Source: Lama glama
Taxonomy: Eukaryota
Length of the DNA stretch: 64,000 nt
Direction of reading: 5' to 3'
NCBI GenBank assembly: GCA_028534125.1
Contig: CM052816.1
Span: forward strand, 73,038,001-73,102,000
Under the pieces are notes generated by a model. That model did not search any database, was not told where the DNA came from, and saw only the letters and a program-made list of their open reading frames with translations. Shown piece by piece: positions 1-13,400 of this stretch. Positions within the stretch are counted from its first letter, which is position 1. Every line of letters starts with the position of its first letter. A program made the translations under genes and the position numbers.

Positions 1-2299
1 GGGGTTCCTGACACAAAGACGATGGGAACTGATTGCATCTTTGGAAAGGAATAGATGTTGACAATTGAGTTAGCCTCCGAGGGGTATAGTAATTTTAAAG
101 CTGTCATGTTTTTACGAAAAATACTGAAGGGTGAGTCATTAAAAGATTTACTGAGTAAATTCAACGAAAAAATTTAAATTTGTACTATTGCTTTATTTTA
201 CAGTGGCCCACTGTGTACTACACAAGATAATGTTCTATAGACATTTCCTTTCAGCTGTCTTCAAATTGCAAAGCCGGGCATCTGCCCAGCTGATATTTGC
301 CCTGCGTCTGTATTGTAGGTATTGCAGGTCTTCTTTCTTGCCTCACGGCTTTCCGTAACTTCCACAAGTCTCTTATATCCCTCGTTGTTTTGAATGCCCC
401 ATAGCCCACCAATAAGTCAATAGGCTGGATACTAACGCATTTCTAAAATACAAGAAACTCTTTGAATGGGATGTGTGCCCTGGCAATGAAACTTGTACTT
501 TTATGTAATTCAGTGTGTCTGATCGTCTTAACCTTCAGCTACCTAAAGCTGATGAATGAGAAGCATGGTGAACAGTTTCGCTAACCTCTGCCAAGGTGAT
601 TCTCCAAAAATGAAATAAAAAAGGTGCCATTGCCATAAACTGTTAATACTGGAGCAGCATGCTCTCCAGAACTTTGCTAAAATAACATTAAAGTCTATTT
701 AAAATTATTCTATGGTTGTATCATTTGGATATTCTGTCTTATAAAGAAACCTATTTGGATATTTTTCTTGATTTATAGCATATGAATAAAGGTAATTCAA
801 CACATACAGTATGAATAATTTGTACAATTAAATTTTGCCATGGTAAAGAGGTGGCACAATCTTGCTGTCCAGCATTCAGTAAGTGATAAGTTACCAAGAC
901 CCATTTAAGAAACTTAATATTTGTCTGTACAGAGCTGTCTTTTCTACTTGTCCATCTGCATTTTACATTGAAATTGCATTGAATTGCACTGGAATTTCAT
1001 TTACATGGAAATTGACTAAATAAGTGGTTTGGTTCAACATCCTAAAGAAAGCCCCTCAGTTCTGTTGGTTCAGAGGAGTACATTACGTTTGTGTCTTCTT
1101 AGAATAAAGTTTATTAATAAAAGGGTGCAAGTTGATTAATTTGCTTATTTAATGGATTCGTAGTGAGGACCTCATATGGTCAGAGCCTCGGGGTAGCTGC
1201 AGAGTGCAAAGATGCTGAAAAAACATTTCCATAATGTAAAGATAATTATTTTAATTCTAATTAATATATTCTAATGATTCAAATCACTATTGCTTGAATA
1301 AAAAAGGCACTTCTCTGAAAAATACACACAGTGGGACATGACTATGTCCAGAGCTGTGATATAAAGCTATTGCTTTATTTCTATACACGTAGCCTGTGTT
1401 ATATAAATGGTGCCATGATAAATCTTAAAATAGCTCAGGATAAAGATGAATTCTATCGAGGAAAGCTTTTTGTGTAGAGGATGGTACTTATGGATCAGTA
1501 GAATTTCTATTTCTCATAATGACAATATAAGGAGGGTGTAGTCAAAACCCAATAATTTGCGTGTGAAAGAAAACCAAGTCATACAAATTCTATTACTTCC
1601 AGTACGGCAATGAGCATTGCACCAATTGATGAAGTGACTGAATTGTTTATGTCTAAAAACATAAATACCACCTTTTTCATTATCATATATATGGCTATTC
1701 AAATTGATTTTTATAGATACTCAGGTGGCTTTACGCTGTTCCAGGAAAAAACACTAAATGTATTCAGGTTGGTTATTTTTAACATACAGCATCAATTACA
1801 CGATAGGGTTATACAGACAATTAGAAAGCTTCCAAGCTTAAAAATAAATTTAGTTCAGTCATCCACAAATACTCAAACTCAATTTAACACATGGTGCTAT
1901 TCATCAAGAGTAAGCCACTCAGAAAAGTGCGAGTCAACATGTGCTGGTTTTCCCAATAAATATATAAATAATTGCACTCTCTATTTCACACCCTGATATT
2001 TTCAGCCAAGAAAAGTTTCTGAATCAGCTGGGAATCAACCTCTACTTATCTGCAGCCACCACTTCACATCACAAACAAAAAAATCCTGTTTTCAGTATTT
2101 GGAAGTTAAGGGCTTTGGGAAAAAAAATGAAACAGAACTATTAAATTGACTGTGGACTGGTATCCACTGTCTAATACAAAGTATATGTTCATTATAGCTG
2201 GTATCACTGTTTCTCAGTTACTTTTCCAAAACTCTTTTCTGCTGCCCTTTCAGTAATGTCATCCATATGTGACACATTTGTCCTGAGATTCTTAACATC

Positions 2300-2580
2300 A
2301 CAGTTGATTTTATAATTTACAGACAGTTAAATACATTCTTTATTGTTTTGACCAATGCAGGGTCTCGTCACCTAGCTACAGTATTGCATAGAACATTCGC
2401 ATGAACCCAAAAGTTTTCACGTGCAGCCCTGTTGTAGTCAACCCTCCCCCTACCTCAACCCTTGCAACCTCTGATCTGTGTTCCACCCTCTAGTGTGCCT
2501 TTTCCAGGATGTCATATTAATGGGATTATACAGCACAAAACATTTTTGACAAAGTTTCTTTCAGTTTGTAAAATGAATTA
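2300..2580 (-). mobile_element. Old LINE-1 (L1MC/L1ME-like) 3'-end fragment
   Basis: Antisense L1M 3' UTR motifs 'caacctctgatctgtgttcc...gccttttccaggatgtcatattaatgggattatacagc'; family from recalled consensus. Confidence 0.7.
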
Positions 2581-5168
2581 TAGCAATCTCTCCTTTCAAA
2601 GGTATTAAAAAAAAACAAAAATGAGCAAAAGAAAACTTATATAATGAAGAGACTATCTTAAAAATATTTTGAATTATTTTCAGTTTTAATAATGAAAGTG
2701 AGCCATGTCTAAATTGCTCCAATTTACATTCTTAAGGGACCTGAAAGTTGAATTTTTTAACTTTTTAAATGGAGTGGAGTGAGTTTTGAAAGCATCCTTT
2801 AGCAATGTAAAAATTCATTAGCATTATAATACAGTTATAACAAAAACTAAATAAAAGCAGGAAAGCTGAAAATTTAGGGCCAAATTTTTTAAAAGTTATG
2901 GTTTTTATAATTGAAAAAAATGAATGTCCTGCTTTACTAAATCCTATCAATGGCATTAAGCCTTTCAAATCTATGTATCTTTTAGAAGTAAGTTTAACAG
3001 GTATGCCAGCTATTGAAGTAAACTACAGAAACACACAAAAGTTAAAATCAGGATATCCAATCAACTTACCACAAAGTATTAAATCAAAATTTCAAAAACA
3101 TAAAGAAATTATAACCATACTTTGTCACTGTGTGTTTCTGATTAATTATTACAGTTAAGAATACTTTAAAATATTATTTAATTTATATTTACTTATCTTT
3201 TTAATGTATATTTTTGGATATGTTTTTTAAAGAAAATAATAAATTGGTAATATATGGTAAATTATGTAATTTATAAAAGTACATGGATATCTGGAAGTAG
3301 AATTTTCTAGACCTTTTTTTTAACTATTAAATGAGCTAATAAGGAATGTTATTATTCCTATATTGTCCTCATAGTCCACTCTAGTATCACAGGCCTAATT
3401 ACACAGTTTGCTTTAGTCCTGGGAGCACAGTGGGTGCACATTATATGCAGTACCTGGGAAATTCTCCGTCTAGAGTATGATTCCTGTATTCATAGACGTA
3501 TCTTCCCTGCATTAAAAAAATTGTGACCTATTAGGCAGAAATAATTAAAATCAGATGGTTGAAGTGACAGCATCTGGGGAAAGTGACAATAGCACCTGTC
3601 AGTGGAAGACCCTCCCACAGCCAAACGTTCCAAAAGAGCTGATGGGAGAGGGGAGGGTTGTGCACTATTTTAAACACTTAGAGGGAGAAAAAAGCAGTCA
3701 ACATTTTCGTCTTAAAATTATTACTTTTAATATAATTTTTGTATATATATCCAGCTTCCTAATCACCCCCTACAGACTTACATTTTCTTAGTCTTATTTG
3801 ATGAATCATTAGATTTGGAAACAATTGATGTGACAATGCTCTAACACACACTGGCCCAAAGGAGTACCAGTTTGAATTAAGTGCCAGCTTGGGTTCGGGT
3901 AGTCACAACTTTTCACTTCCAGCAGCATTTGTTGGCAATGAATTCTAATTGGTTTGTTTTCCATAGAAAATTACTCAAGAGTGTCCCAAATGATATTAAT
4001 GTTGAGTCCTTTATTTAGATTGTACATAAGTATTATTTCTTCAATCCAGTCAGACATAAAATACAGCGAAGTAACAATGGCCAGGATTTATTCTTCTTCT
4101 GCCACTACTTTCTATGTCTCACTGGGAGAAAGGAATTGAACAAAATAATGGGCTTGATTCCTTCCCTTGTTCCCACCTTGCGATAACAAGAATTTGCCAT
4201 AATCGAAGACAGAACATCGTTATTTCTGAAGTTGGATTGACCTTGCCTGGGTGGAGGAGACCAAATTACCACTTCTGAAAGAATACACAGTCTGTTTGGA
4301 AAATGTTTTTCCCTTGAAAGAACGGAGAAAATTGAAAACAAGAAATCATTTTATTCTATTTTTTTCTTGTGGGTTTTGCAAATCATCTCATTCTCTCTCC
4401 TATACCTCAACAAACTATTTTCACATTTTTTATTCTATTCCTTATTTTGCATTATATCTGAGATACTCAGGGGGCTCATTTGTTTTTAGGGAATTCATGT
4501 GTCTTTTAAAACCTTGAAAAAAATTATTTTTGTGTGTTTCTTGGTTTCCAAGGGATATTCTCAAGGCTGTATTCTCATTGGCATTTGAACCAAAGTGAGT
4601 AATGAAGTCAGAGGCAGTATCATTTAGTCTACCTGGATTGATGTCTCAGCATTTGGCTTTGCAAATTTCTAAAGAAGCAATCATACAGTTTATACCAAAT
4701 TGGAGGAGGTTGCTGGGCCACCCAAATGTTTCAGAAGACAACAACAAAATATATGTGAATATATAAATATGAACATATACATATGTATAGAATATCTGTC
4801 AATATTCTTCCCCATTGTTTTTTATCTAGTTACAGTTGAAAATTCATTATGCAAATTGAAGCTGTACTTTCTTGATGCCACTAAATCAAATGGAATGCTT
4901 GGATAGGAAATGTGAGCCATTTCCTCAGTTTTACAAAGGGGAGTCATGAAGGGCCTAGTTGATTAAGACCTGATAAGCACTTGTAGTTTCAAAAGACAGA
5001 AGTCCAATGGAAATCTCTAATGACAAAAGCAAGGGAAGTGGGTCTCTGAGGTCAAAAAGTGAAATAAGTCAAAGAAATTGTGCCTACAGTGTTCTGTCCT
5101 CTGAGATTTACAATGTAGATCAGTCTACTAATGGCTAACACACACATAAACACATGATAAGTGATGAG

Positions 5169-5215
5169 GATAGATAGATAGATAGATTGATAGACAGACA
5201 GATAGACAGACAGAC
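5169..5215. repeat. (GATA)n/(GACA)n compound microsatellite
   Basis: Directly visible tetranucleotide repeats. Confidence 0.95.
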
Positions 5216-7008
5216 TAGTATTCTGAAGAACTGACTTAGGGAAATGGTGATTTTTGTCACACAATAAGGAAATCCTTTTTGATTGATCCCCTACCTGGTC
5301 TGTGTGCAAATATACTTGAAATAGAGATTTCATGAAAGTTAAATATTCATACTGCTCCTTATTCCCAAATTATTGAGTTTCTCATTTTCAAGTTGCAAAA
5401 ATTAATTGTAAAATACATCTATTTTTCATGTTTTCTCCTTGTACTGGAAAATATAGTGGTCTTTTAACTATTGTAACAAATATTGTGCTTTAAATATATA
5501 TTTATAGTATTATACATAAGCAAATAACACCTACTTATATGTGCTGTATTGTTATCAAAATTGTTATTATAACCTATAAAATTCCTTATTCAAAAAGAAG
5601 TTTCAGAAAAAGCCAAAGACAATAAACTTTGATTTTTTGAAGAGAACTTTCAGATAATCTATAAATATTATCATATATAAATTGCTTCAAGCTGAGAAAT
5701 TAACATAGAATAAATTGTATTTCTTTCTAGCTATCTGTCTTTATTCAGTCAAACGGGAATTTGAAAATAATACTACTCAGAAGATCACTATTTAACATGA
5801 TCAATCCCATGAAAAATGATTGTGTTCAGAAATATTGATTCCCTGTGTGAAAGAAACCAATATTCTCTATTACAATACTAGAAAAAAAATTTAACCTTAG
5901 AGAGTAAATTTCTGCCCTAACAATAAATGCTTTTTATAATTTATCTTTAATTTAACTCTGCTGACAGACTTATCCAAAAGCTGGATCACATGATGCTAAG
6001 GACAATATATAGCATGTCCTAACTGAACTAAGTACTTTTGTTACAGCACTTGAGTCTCATCCCCTTTGGTCACCAGAATCATGAATCTACCCTGACCGTA
6101 AATCTCAAGAACTGGGCTGAAACCTGTTTAAGTGAGGATGATTGAACCTACATTTTGTAATGATGTTATTTTATTAGACATAAACTTAAGCATACACACC
6201 AAACTAAAAAAGATTTATAGTGTTTTTCAACATAAACTTTCATTTCCTCTTCGATAAAACGTGGATGAGAATCTTTAAAAAGTTGGCCAAGACAAACACA
6301 TTTCTTGCCCAGTCTCTTCTCATTGTATTGTCCAAGTTTTACTGATCATCAGTATGTCCTATACCATCTCCTCCAGGATTGATTCACTTACTTGTTTGGG
6401 AGCCATTACTTGCAGATTAATCTCAAATTTTGCTAACGGGTTGCTCAGAGATCTCAATTACACTAAGCCACCATGACTTGATTTCCACGGAGACTTGTTT
6501 CACCAACATCTCTGCAAACTGCAAGGATCTCTCCAATCTACCCACGTGTGCCTGGTGTCACGGAAAATGCAGACATCTAGGCTATGGCCTTAAGGAGGGT
6601 TACACTCCACTTCTACTAACTAACAGTGCTGCCTAATTGGATTCCAAGCTAAAAATAGGCCTCTCATTAATGGAATCATGGCTATGAGGGCACTTCCTGT
6701 GTAACACCATTAACAAACCCTGAGCTCTCAACGATCAGGATTTCCCTGCTTAATAATTTCCAGCTTTATTAAACAATTTCTTGTCTAAGTTGTGTTATCA
6801 TTGAGAAGATAACTGAATCATAGTCTCATTTCCTAAGCAGCCTCTTACTGTAAATGAGGCACTTTTAAAACCTCTGAAAGTTCTATCAAATTTGCCACAT
6901 TAGTGCAAGAAATGCTACCTGAGTGAGGCATGGATTACTAATCTGTAATTTGTAGAAGTAAATGTTCAACACTTGGCTTTCACAGCCCTTTTTCTGTATA
7001 CTATTCTT

Positions 7009-7260
7009 TTTTTTTTATTGAAGTATTATCGGTTTACAATATTGTGTTAATTTCTGGTGTGTAGCATAGTGATTCATTTGTACATATATATTCCTTCTCA
7101 TATTCCTTTTTTTATAGGCATTACAAGGTATTGAATATAGTTCCCTGTGCTATACAGTAGGACCTTGTTATTTGCCTATTTTTTATATAGTGGTTAATAT
7201 CTACAAATCTGGAACTCCCAATTTATCCCTCCCCACCCTTTTCCCCTCTGTTAACCATAA
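7009..7260 (-). mobile_element. 5'-truncated cetartiodactyl-type L1 3' end with 17-bp TSD
   Basis: Poly-T followed by 'attgaagta...tttacaatattgtgttaatttctggtg...gaatatagttccctgtgctatacagtagg'. TSD ttctgtatactattctt (6992-7008) / ttctgtatactgttctt (7261-7277). The minus-strand target reads TT|AAGAA, an L1 endonuclease-type site. Confidence 0.92.
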
Positions 7261-7924
7261 TTCTGTATACTGTTCTTAATAAGTCCTCTAACCTGCCCAG
7301 ATTAATGGTTGGTACCAATTTTTTTCCCCTGGTTCTCAAACTAATTTGTATATCTCTCTGCTAGGTTTAAGTCATTTGGAACTGAGTCACATGGCTGTCT
7401 TACCCTCTTTGAAATTCTAACACAAAGCCCAGTATCTTCTCTACATACTTTAAAATGTGTGTTGAAGGACTGCCCTCATTCAATTTTTCCATACTGAAGC
7501 CATCTGTACCTACCTAACTAGCCTTTGACACTATTTCATTCCTAAAAAGTAATAACTGGGTAAAATATGCTAAAGCAACAAAATATTTTGAGAAAAATAT
7601 GCTTTAGGAACATTGAGTGTTCACTATACTGAAGAAAACCACTTTTCAGCCTTTTTACTTATTTGAGATGAACTGCTGTCTATATAAATATCTGATAGAA
7701 TGAAACTTGATAGTCATATATTTATGACAAAACTCTCTGACATTATCTTCTTAACATATTAGAAAAATATTACCATAGATATGAATTAGTCCTCACTCTT
7801 CGAAAGTTATATAAACTAACTGCATTGCACAGTGGCTTCTATATGTTAATTTCAATAATCTACAAATAGTCTCTTCCACTTCAGTAGCCATCAACATGGT
7901 TTTACCAAATTTAACATGTATTAC

Positions 7925-8380
7925 ATGTTGGTAATCAGCACTATCCCTTCCTTTCTAGGCTTGTCCCTGTATTGCAGGAGCTAGAAGACTGGAAACTACA
8001 TTTTCCAGATTCACACAATAGACAGATTATGGTTTAGTTTTCCACTTGCAAGATTTGGAAGAGGAAGATAGATGGAACCATTATTGTTCCAACAAGAGCT
8101 GGGAAAGCCTATAAACTTTGGCAATTAAATAAAAAAGTTTTGCCAGGGCTTCTCTGCTTCTTTCTACTCATCATTCACACCAGGGCTGCAGACAGCTACA
8201 GTCACTGGGGGTATGTCCTTGCTGTTTTTATAATTCACTATTTCCTCACCACCAGTGTCAGTTTCCCTGATCTAATTCCCTGAGCCTCTGATAGTTTTAT
8301 AAGTCTCTAATACCTTATTTTACATCCCTTTCTGCTTGAAATATGTTAGAGCAGTAGTCTAGTCAAACCCTAACTTACAG
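7925..8380 (+). mobile_element. ERVL LTR (LTR33/LTR16-like), degraded solo LTR
   Basis: 'ggaaactacatttttccagattc' and the 3' end 'tccctttctgcttgaaat...ttagag...aaccctaacttaca' resemble LTR33-family termini. Confidence 0.6.
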
Positions 8381-10504
8381 GATGCCTAAAAGGACCAGGG
8401 TCCTGGCTCTTTATAATATCCAGCTTCCAAACTGCATCAGAACAAAAAGAGTTTCTATTGTTAACTTACTTCACCCTGATTTATTTTCATCTTAATAAAT
8501 CAGCAGGTAAACAAAAGACAGCCAGTATTGACAATGTATTTTCTGGGGAAAAGATCCCTTATTATTTAAGTATTAGACTTTGACTCTCTTTTTGAGAATG
8601 ACCTCCTTCTTGGATCCATTCTAAAAAACCTTCTTCAACTTGCTCTGATTGTATCTAATCCCTGAAATCCTTCATGTCAAATAACTATGGAGGAGTAATT
8701 ACAAACAGAACTTTTAAGATATGTTTTCTAAAAGTTTGGAAGAATAAAGGCATAATAAATGTAATGCATGTATATACTACTTACATATATAAGACGCTAG
8801 CAAGTGAGAGTGAGAAATGAACAGAGTGATATAGACAGAGAAATAGATCAAAACCCAAAACTCACAGAGGCAAGAGATGTGCATTAATTAAGCAGAGAGC
8901 CTTACTGCATAAGGCACTGAGAAAACATCTGCCTGGTTCTTGCTTGAAGGTTATGGGTGTAGAGGGGCATCTGCTGAGTTAAGAGAAGAATCAGTTTTCA
9001 TTAGTTGAAGATTCTGAAGAAAATTATTCTCTTTTCAATTATAAATTAAATGGATAGTATACTCATAGATTTCATTAGTAAAGATGAGTTACTTTGTAAT
9101 TCAAGTGTAAAAAATGAATTTTTCTTTAGAAAACAATGCTTGTCTTAAATTTTGAATTACAGATTCTATCATGTAAATGATCATGTATTCAGGGAGCAAA
9201 TTAACTTTAGATCTTCAAAAGGTACTAGTAATGTGAAATATCCTACTCCAAGAAAATTAAATATCTTTGCAACAGAATGACCAATTAAGAAGGAATAAAT
9301 GAAATATCACTTTTTTTTAATAAATAGTGTTTTTTTACATACCACCCATAAATTGATCTAGGCATGAAAGTTTTTAAAATGCTAATTATTAATAATTATT
9401 CTTTTTACTTTTAATTACTTAGAATAAGTTTCTTTTGCATTGAGTATTCAATATTTCATGGAAAAGTCTGGGACTATTAGAGTAGACAAAAAATAATAAT
9501 TGAACAATTATTTTTAAGACTCAGTAGAAATGTTTATGCCTTTGGAATAATCTGATATACATATAGCAAACTGAACAGATATAAGGAATCTTAGAATTTA
9601 ATTTAATGCATTATTTAATACTTAACCAGTGTTTAAATTGTAGAATATGTAGAAATTTGATACCAAGAAAGATTTTAGCTGCAGTTTAGAAAATTAATGC
9701 CAATATTTTTTTCTTTATATACCACAGAGTTCGCTTCATTGATCTTAAAAAACAAGTTCTATATTTGTGTTCAGCCTAGTGAGTTCAGAGCAAGATAAAA
9801 ACAGTTTCTATACTGATATCTACTAAACACTTAGACAAAGATATATCTACATTCATTTAATAAATTAACAAAAGCAGTGATAAAAATTTATGGAATACAA
9901 ACCAGCTAGTCTATCACTAGTCAACAAAGGGGCCCAAAACATCATGTGAGTTTAAAAGAATCAATTTGAGCTCTATTGTTTATTCAAAAGAGAAGAATGT
10001 CTGAGATGACTCTTTGAATATCATATTTTCAGTGGAAGGGAAAAGTAAATCACAGTGAAAATGTCAACAATAAACTATTTTATCTCTGACATGGTGCTAT
10101 TTAATCTCAAGATTACTCAGGCAGGGGGATACTTACTGGTGAGTACAGACCAGCACGTGTGCCTGGAAGCCCCACCCCATAATTCACCAACTGCCTGGAT
10201 CCCCTCCCTGTAATCTTTTAATTTGACTTTCTCATCTTACTGTTATAGAACCAAACCCATAGAAATAGAGTGACCCATCTGTGATCATACTATAGTGTGT
10301 TGGTATTGACAAGAATTCAGTTTTCCTGATGTCTAATATTATACTGTTTTTATACAAGAAAAAACAAACAAAAACAATAAACTATTTTAAACTTCAAAGG
10401 AAAGGAAAGACATGTTTGAATAGTTTGAAACATACACAATTAAGATTCATTTCAAAGTTATTTTGGTCTCTCTCCTTTCCTCCCAGCATGTTTTTGTTTT
10501 ATTT

Positions 10505-10590
10505 AACAATCATTTATATATCACCTCCTATGTACCAGACAATGTTTGAAGTGCTTTACCAATATTACCTCATTTAATGATATGAGTTCC
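10505..10590 (-). mobile_element. MIR SINE fragment
   Basis: 'catttatatatcacctcctatgtaccagacaatgtttgaagtgctttaccaatattacctcatttaat' resembles antisense MIR 3' end. Confidence 0.65.
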
Positions 10591-11989
10591 ACTCAACATT
10601 TAGTTCAATTATTCTACAATTATCTATTTTTTTCTCTTCATGATTATAAAAAGCAGTAATAAACTGCTTCAGACATAGCCTTACATCCAAGTATGGGTGT
10701 AATATTCCCTACTATACCATATCTATTTATACACCGGTATTCATGATACTTCTGGGTGGAGAGTTGACTTTGCTTGGGCTGTCGCCAGGACTTACGTAAG
10801 TAGAGTACCAAGTGTTTTGTCTGTACGTCCTGCAGTCCTTCCCTCAATTAGTTTTCCACCACGGCCTAATGGCCAGACCCCTAAACTGCATTGCAACCAT
10901 ATCAAATAAATATATCCATATCAGCATTTCTCTATGCTCTTCCCACAGAACACGTTAGCCTTGAAGGACTCTCTGATGGACAAACAAAAGACAATTTAAA
11001 GATGGCATAAGATTAGTGACAATTGTACAATCTATTCTGCTGGATTATGCCTTCTAAATGCCCTAAGAAATCTGGCTATTCCAAGCATATTTAACTAAAA
11101 ATTTCCCTTGCCACCTTCTGTTTTAATTAACACCTCTACAAATTCTGAACAACTGGTGCTCTGGAGAAGTCATGTTGAGTGACAGTGGTCTACATCAGGG
11201 TTCAGTAAAAAGGTTTGGCTTGTCATTTACCTCTCTTTTTAACCACAGCAACAGTGGTGGCTTTATTTTTCAATATGCTACCTCTAGACTTCCTGCTATG
11301 TGAGAAGTCATATATTTTGCCTGATAAAAAATGCAGTTGCAAAGTTCTAAATAAATCAGAAACTATTCTAAATACAGTCGTTAACGCGTGGCAGAAAGTA
11401 GTCCAGGGTAAAATATAACTACTTAAGCATTCTACCCGGTTTGTATTTTGTACAGATCCACATACATCCCAAATGCAAAAACAAAAAAGAAGTTATTTAT
11501 GACACTAAAAGTTGAGCCCGTGTCTAGACTGCATGCAATATAGGTGAATCTGAAATCTCAGCTGTATTACCAAGCGGTAATTGATCAGACAAACCAGTGG
11601 GCATATTGAATTACTGATCATGACTTTCAGAACAATATCTTATTTAATTTAAAATATCATCTTAGGCACATTTTTTTCTTTACATCATGAACTTGTACAA
11701 CTTTAAAATTATTTCTGTGTGATTAACGTGCTAAAGTTTGTTAAAATTTATTATCTTTTTAGTTTTAATTTTTAATCACACTTTTATGAAAAACTAGTTT
11801 CTTCTTCCAATTTAATCAATACATATCTAATTATTTTGGCTTTTTTGTAATATTTTTATTCTTGACAAAGTATTATCTGGTTCTGTGTGTAATTTATGGG
11901 GTAATCAACAATAATTAAGCAAAATTGAGCCCAAAGAATAAGTAGATATTCTCCTTCAGAAGCAGTAAAGCTTACTGGAAAGATTACCA

Positions 11990-12145
11990 GTCTAAGTGTC
12001 AAGAAGTGTAAGTTTATCCCTAATACCACTTTTAACATGTCATGTGACCATTGTTAAATAATTACTCAATAACCTCAGTTTTGTCACCAATACAAAGAAG
12101 AAAAATATTATACTTTGAGGACTTTCTACATCTAAGATTCTGTAT
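11990..12145 (+). mobile_element. MIR/MIR3 SINE fragment
   Basis: Core-like 'tgtgacc...ttactcaataacctcagttttgtcacc' and MIR3-like tail 'tctacatctaagattctgt'. Confidence 0.5.
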
Positions 12146-12349
12146 TTTCCACATTATGAAAGCACATACATTACAATAGAGCAAGAAGTTACAGGTTTAA
12201 CTTAAGAGATATTGACCAAATACAAACATTCTAATGTTTTCACTATTTTAATTAGGAGGTCATGTTTAAAGCTAAAATTTAATTTATCACATGCTCTCTC
12301 TCCCCCCTCTCTCTGTGTCTCTCTTTCTGTCTCTTTATATTTTTTCATT

Positions 12350-12740
12350 ATTTTCCTTTCTCCTCAACAAAATGAAGTTACCCTAGATATTACTCTACAA
12401 TTTATTCTTTCTTCTGTTAATTATGTGTGCATGGATATCCCTTCTGTTTAGTACATAAATATCTATCTCCTTCTTTGTGATACCCAAGAAATGGTCCATA
12501 ATACAGATTTACCATCGTTTTTGATGGGCATTCAGATTCAGATTTTTTTTCCAATTTGTTGCAGTTAAAGAAAAAAGTTGTGATTCTTGTGTATCTTTAT
12601 CAGTACATCTTTGGTACTTTTACTTTAATAAAAATGATCTAAAAAATATTGCTGAGCCAAGACATATGCATGGTTTACATTTTAATGGATAACATTTAAT
12701 CTTTCCAAAAACATAGTAGAAATTCACACCCTAATCCCAG
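12350..12740 (-). mobile_element. Old L1ME-like fragment
   Basis: 'gatgggcattcagatt...ttccaatttgttgcag...attgctgagccaaga...tacattttaatggata...ttccaaaa...aattcacacc' resembles antisense L1ME ORF2 end/3' UTR. Confidence 0.6.
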
Positions 12741-13099
12741 AGTCCAGGCTCAGGCCAGAGTTGTTCACATATACCACTCTGAGGGCATAGGGCTGGTGGG
12801 AAGTGAGGCTGGAGTGGTGACATGGAACATTTTTTATTTTTAAAAGATGGCTAGCAGTATTGAGGTGATGGACTAAACCTGAGACAGACTAAAGCTGAAA
12901 AGAAGCAGGAAGAATTTGTGGAAGTGTCTGAGTATAAAATAAAGGCCAAAACTAGGACAATGCTGCATGATTGTGGAGGAGAGCCCTGGGGATAACTCCC
13001 GACACAGATGAGCACTGACGTCGATGGTTAGGGCGTAAAGGACGACAGCATTTATTACAAAGATCAATTGAAACGAATCTATTGTGTTCAGCTTTTATC

Positions 13100-13400
13100 T
13101 TTTTATTCACTTCGTCAACAAGTCTTAACTGGGCATCTGCAACATGCCAGACACTATTCCAGGCTCCAGCATGACAGCATTGAACAAAGTCCCTGTCCTT
13201 AAAAAGCTTAATTTCTACTGAGACGAAAATGACTGAAAAACAAATATGACGAGTGCAAAAGAAAAACAAAATAGGTAAGGGAAAGGGAGAGTAATTTGGA
13301 GACTGGGGTATTTTAAGTGAGGTTATCAGGCAAGGTGTTTCACAGAGAGTAAGATTACAGCATAGATGTAAAGTAAGGAAAGTTGAAAGCAGTGTATATA
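13100..13400 (-). mobile_element. L2 LINE 3'-end fragment
   Basis: 'ttcacttcgtcaacaagtcttaactgggcatctgcaacatgccagacactattccaggc...aaagtccctgtcctt' resembles antisense L2 tail; it accounts for most of the 161-aa minus-strand ORF. Confidence 0.75.

Noticed and set aside
255..420. Minus-strand open frame (GIQNNEGYKRLVEVTESREARKK...) in a CpG-containing patch
   Set aside because: Bounded by stops, no convincing splice sites and no recognised homology.
1610..1996. 128-aa ORF
   Set aside because: AT-rich, no recognisable domain and no supporting splice or promoter context.
6392..6518. Minus-strand exon ending in CAA|GTAAGT
   Set aside because: The donor is good, but the candidate acceptors have poor pyrimidine tracts and the longest frame stops before the donor.
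10113..10140. U1 snRNA 5'-end-like sequence (ttactcaggcagggggatac, atacttactgg)
   Set aside because: Only about 20 nt, needs two gaps, does not continue into the rest of U1, and has no TSD; compatible with chance.
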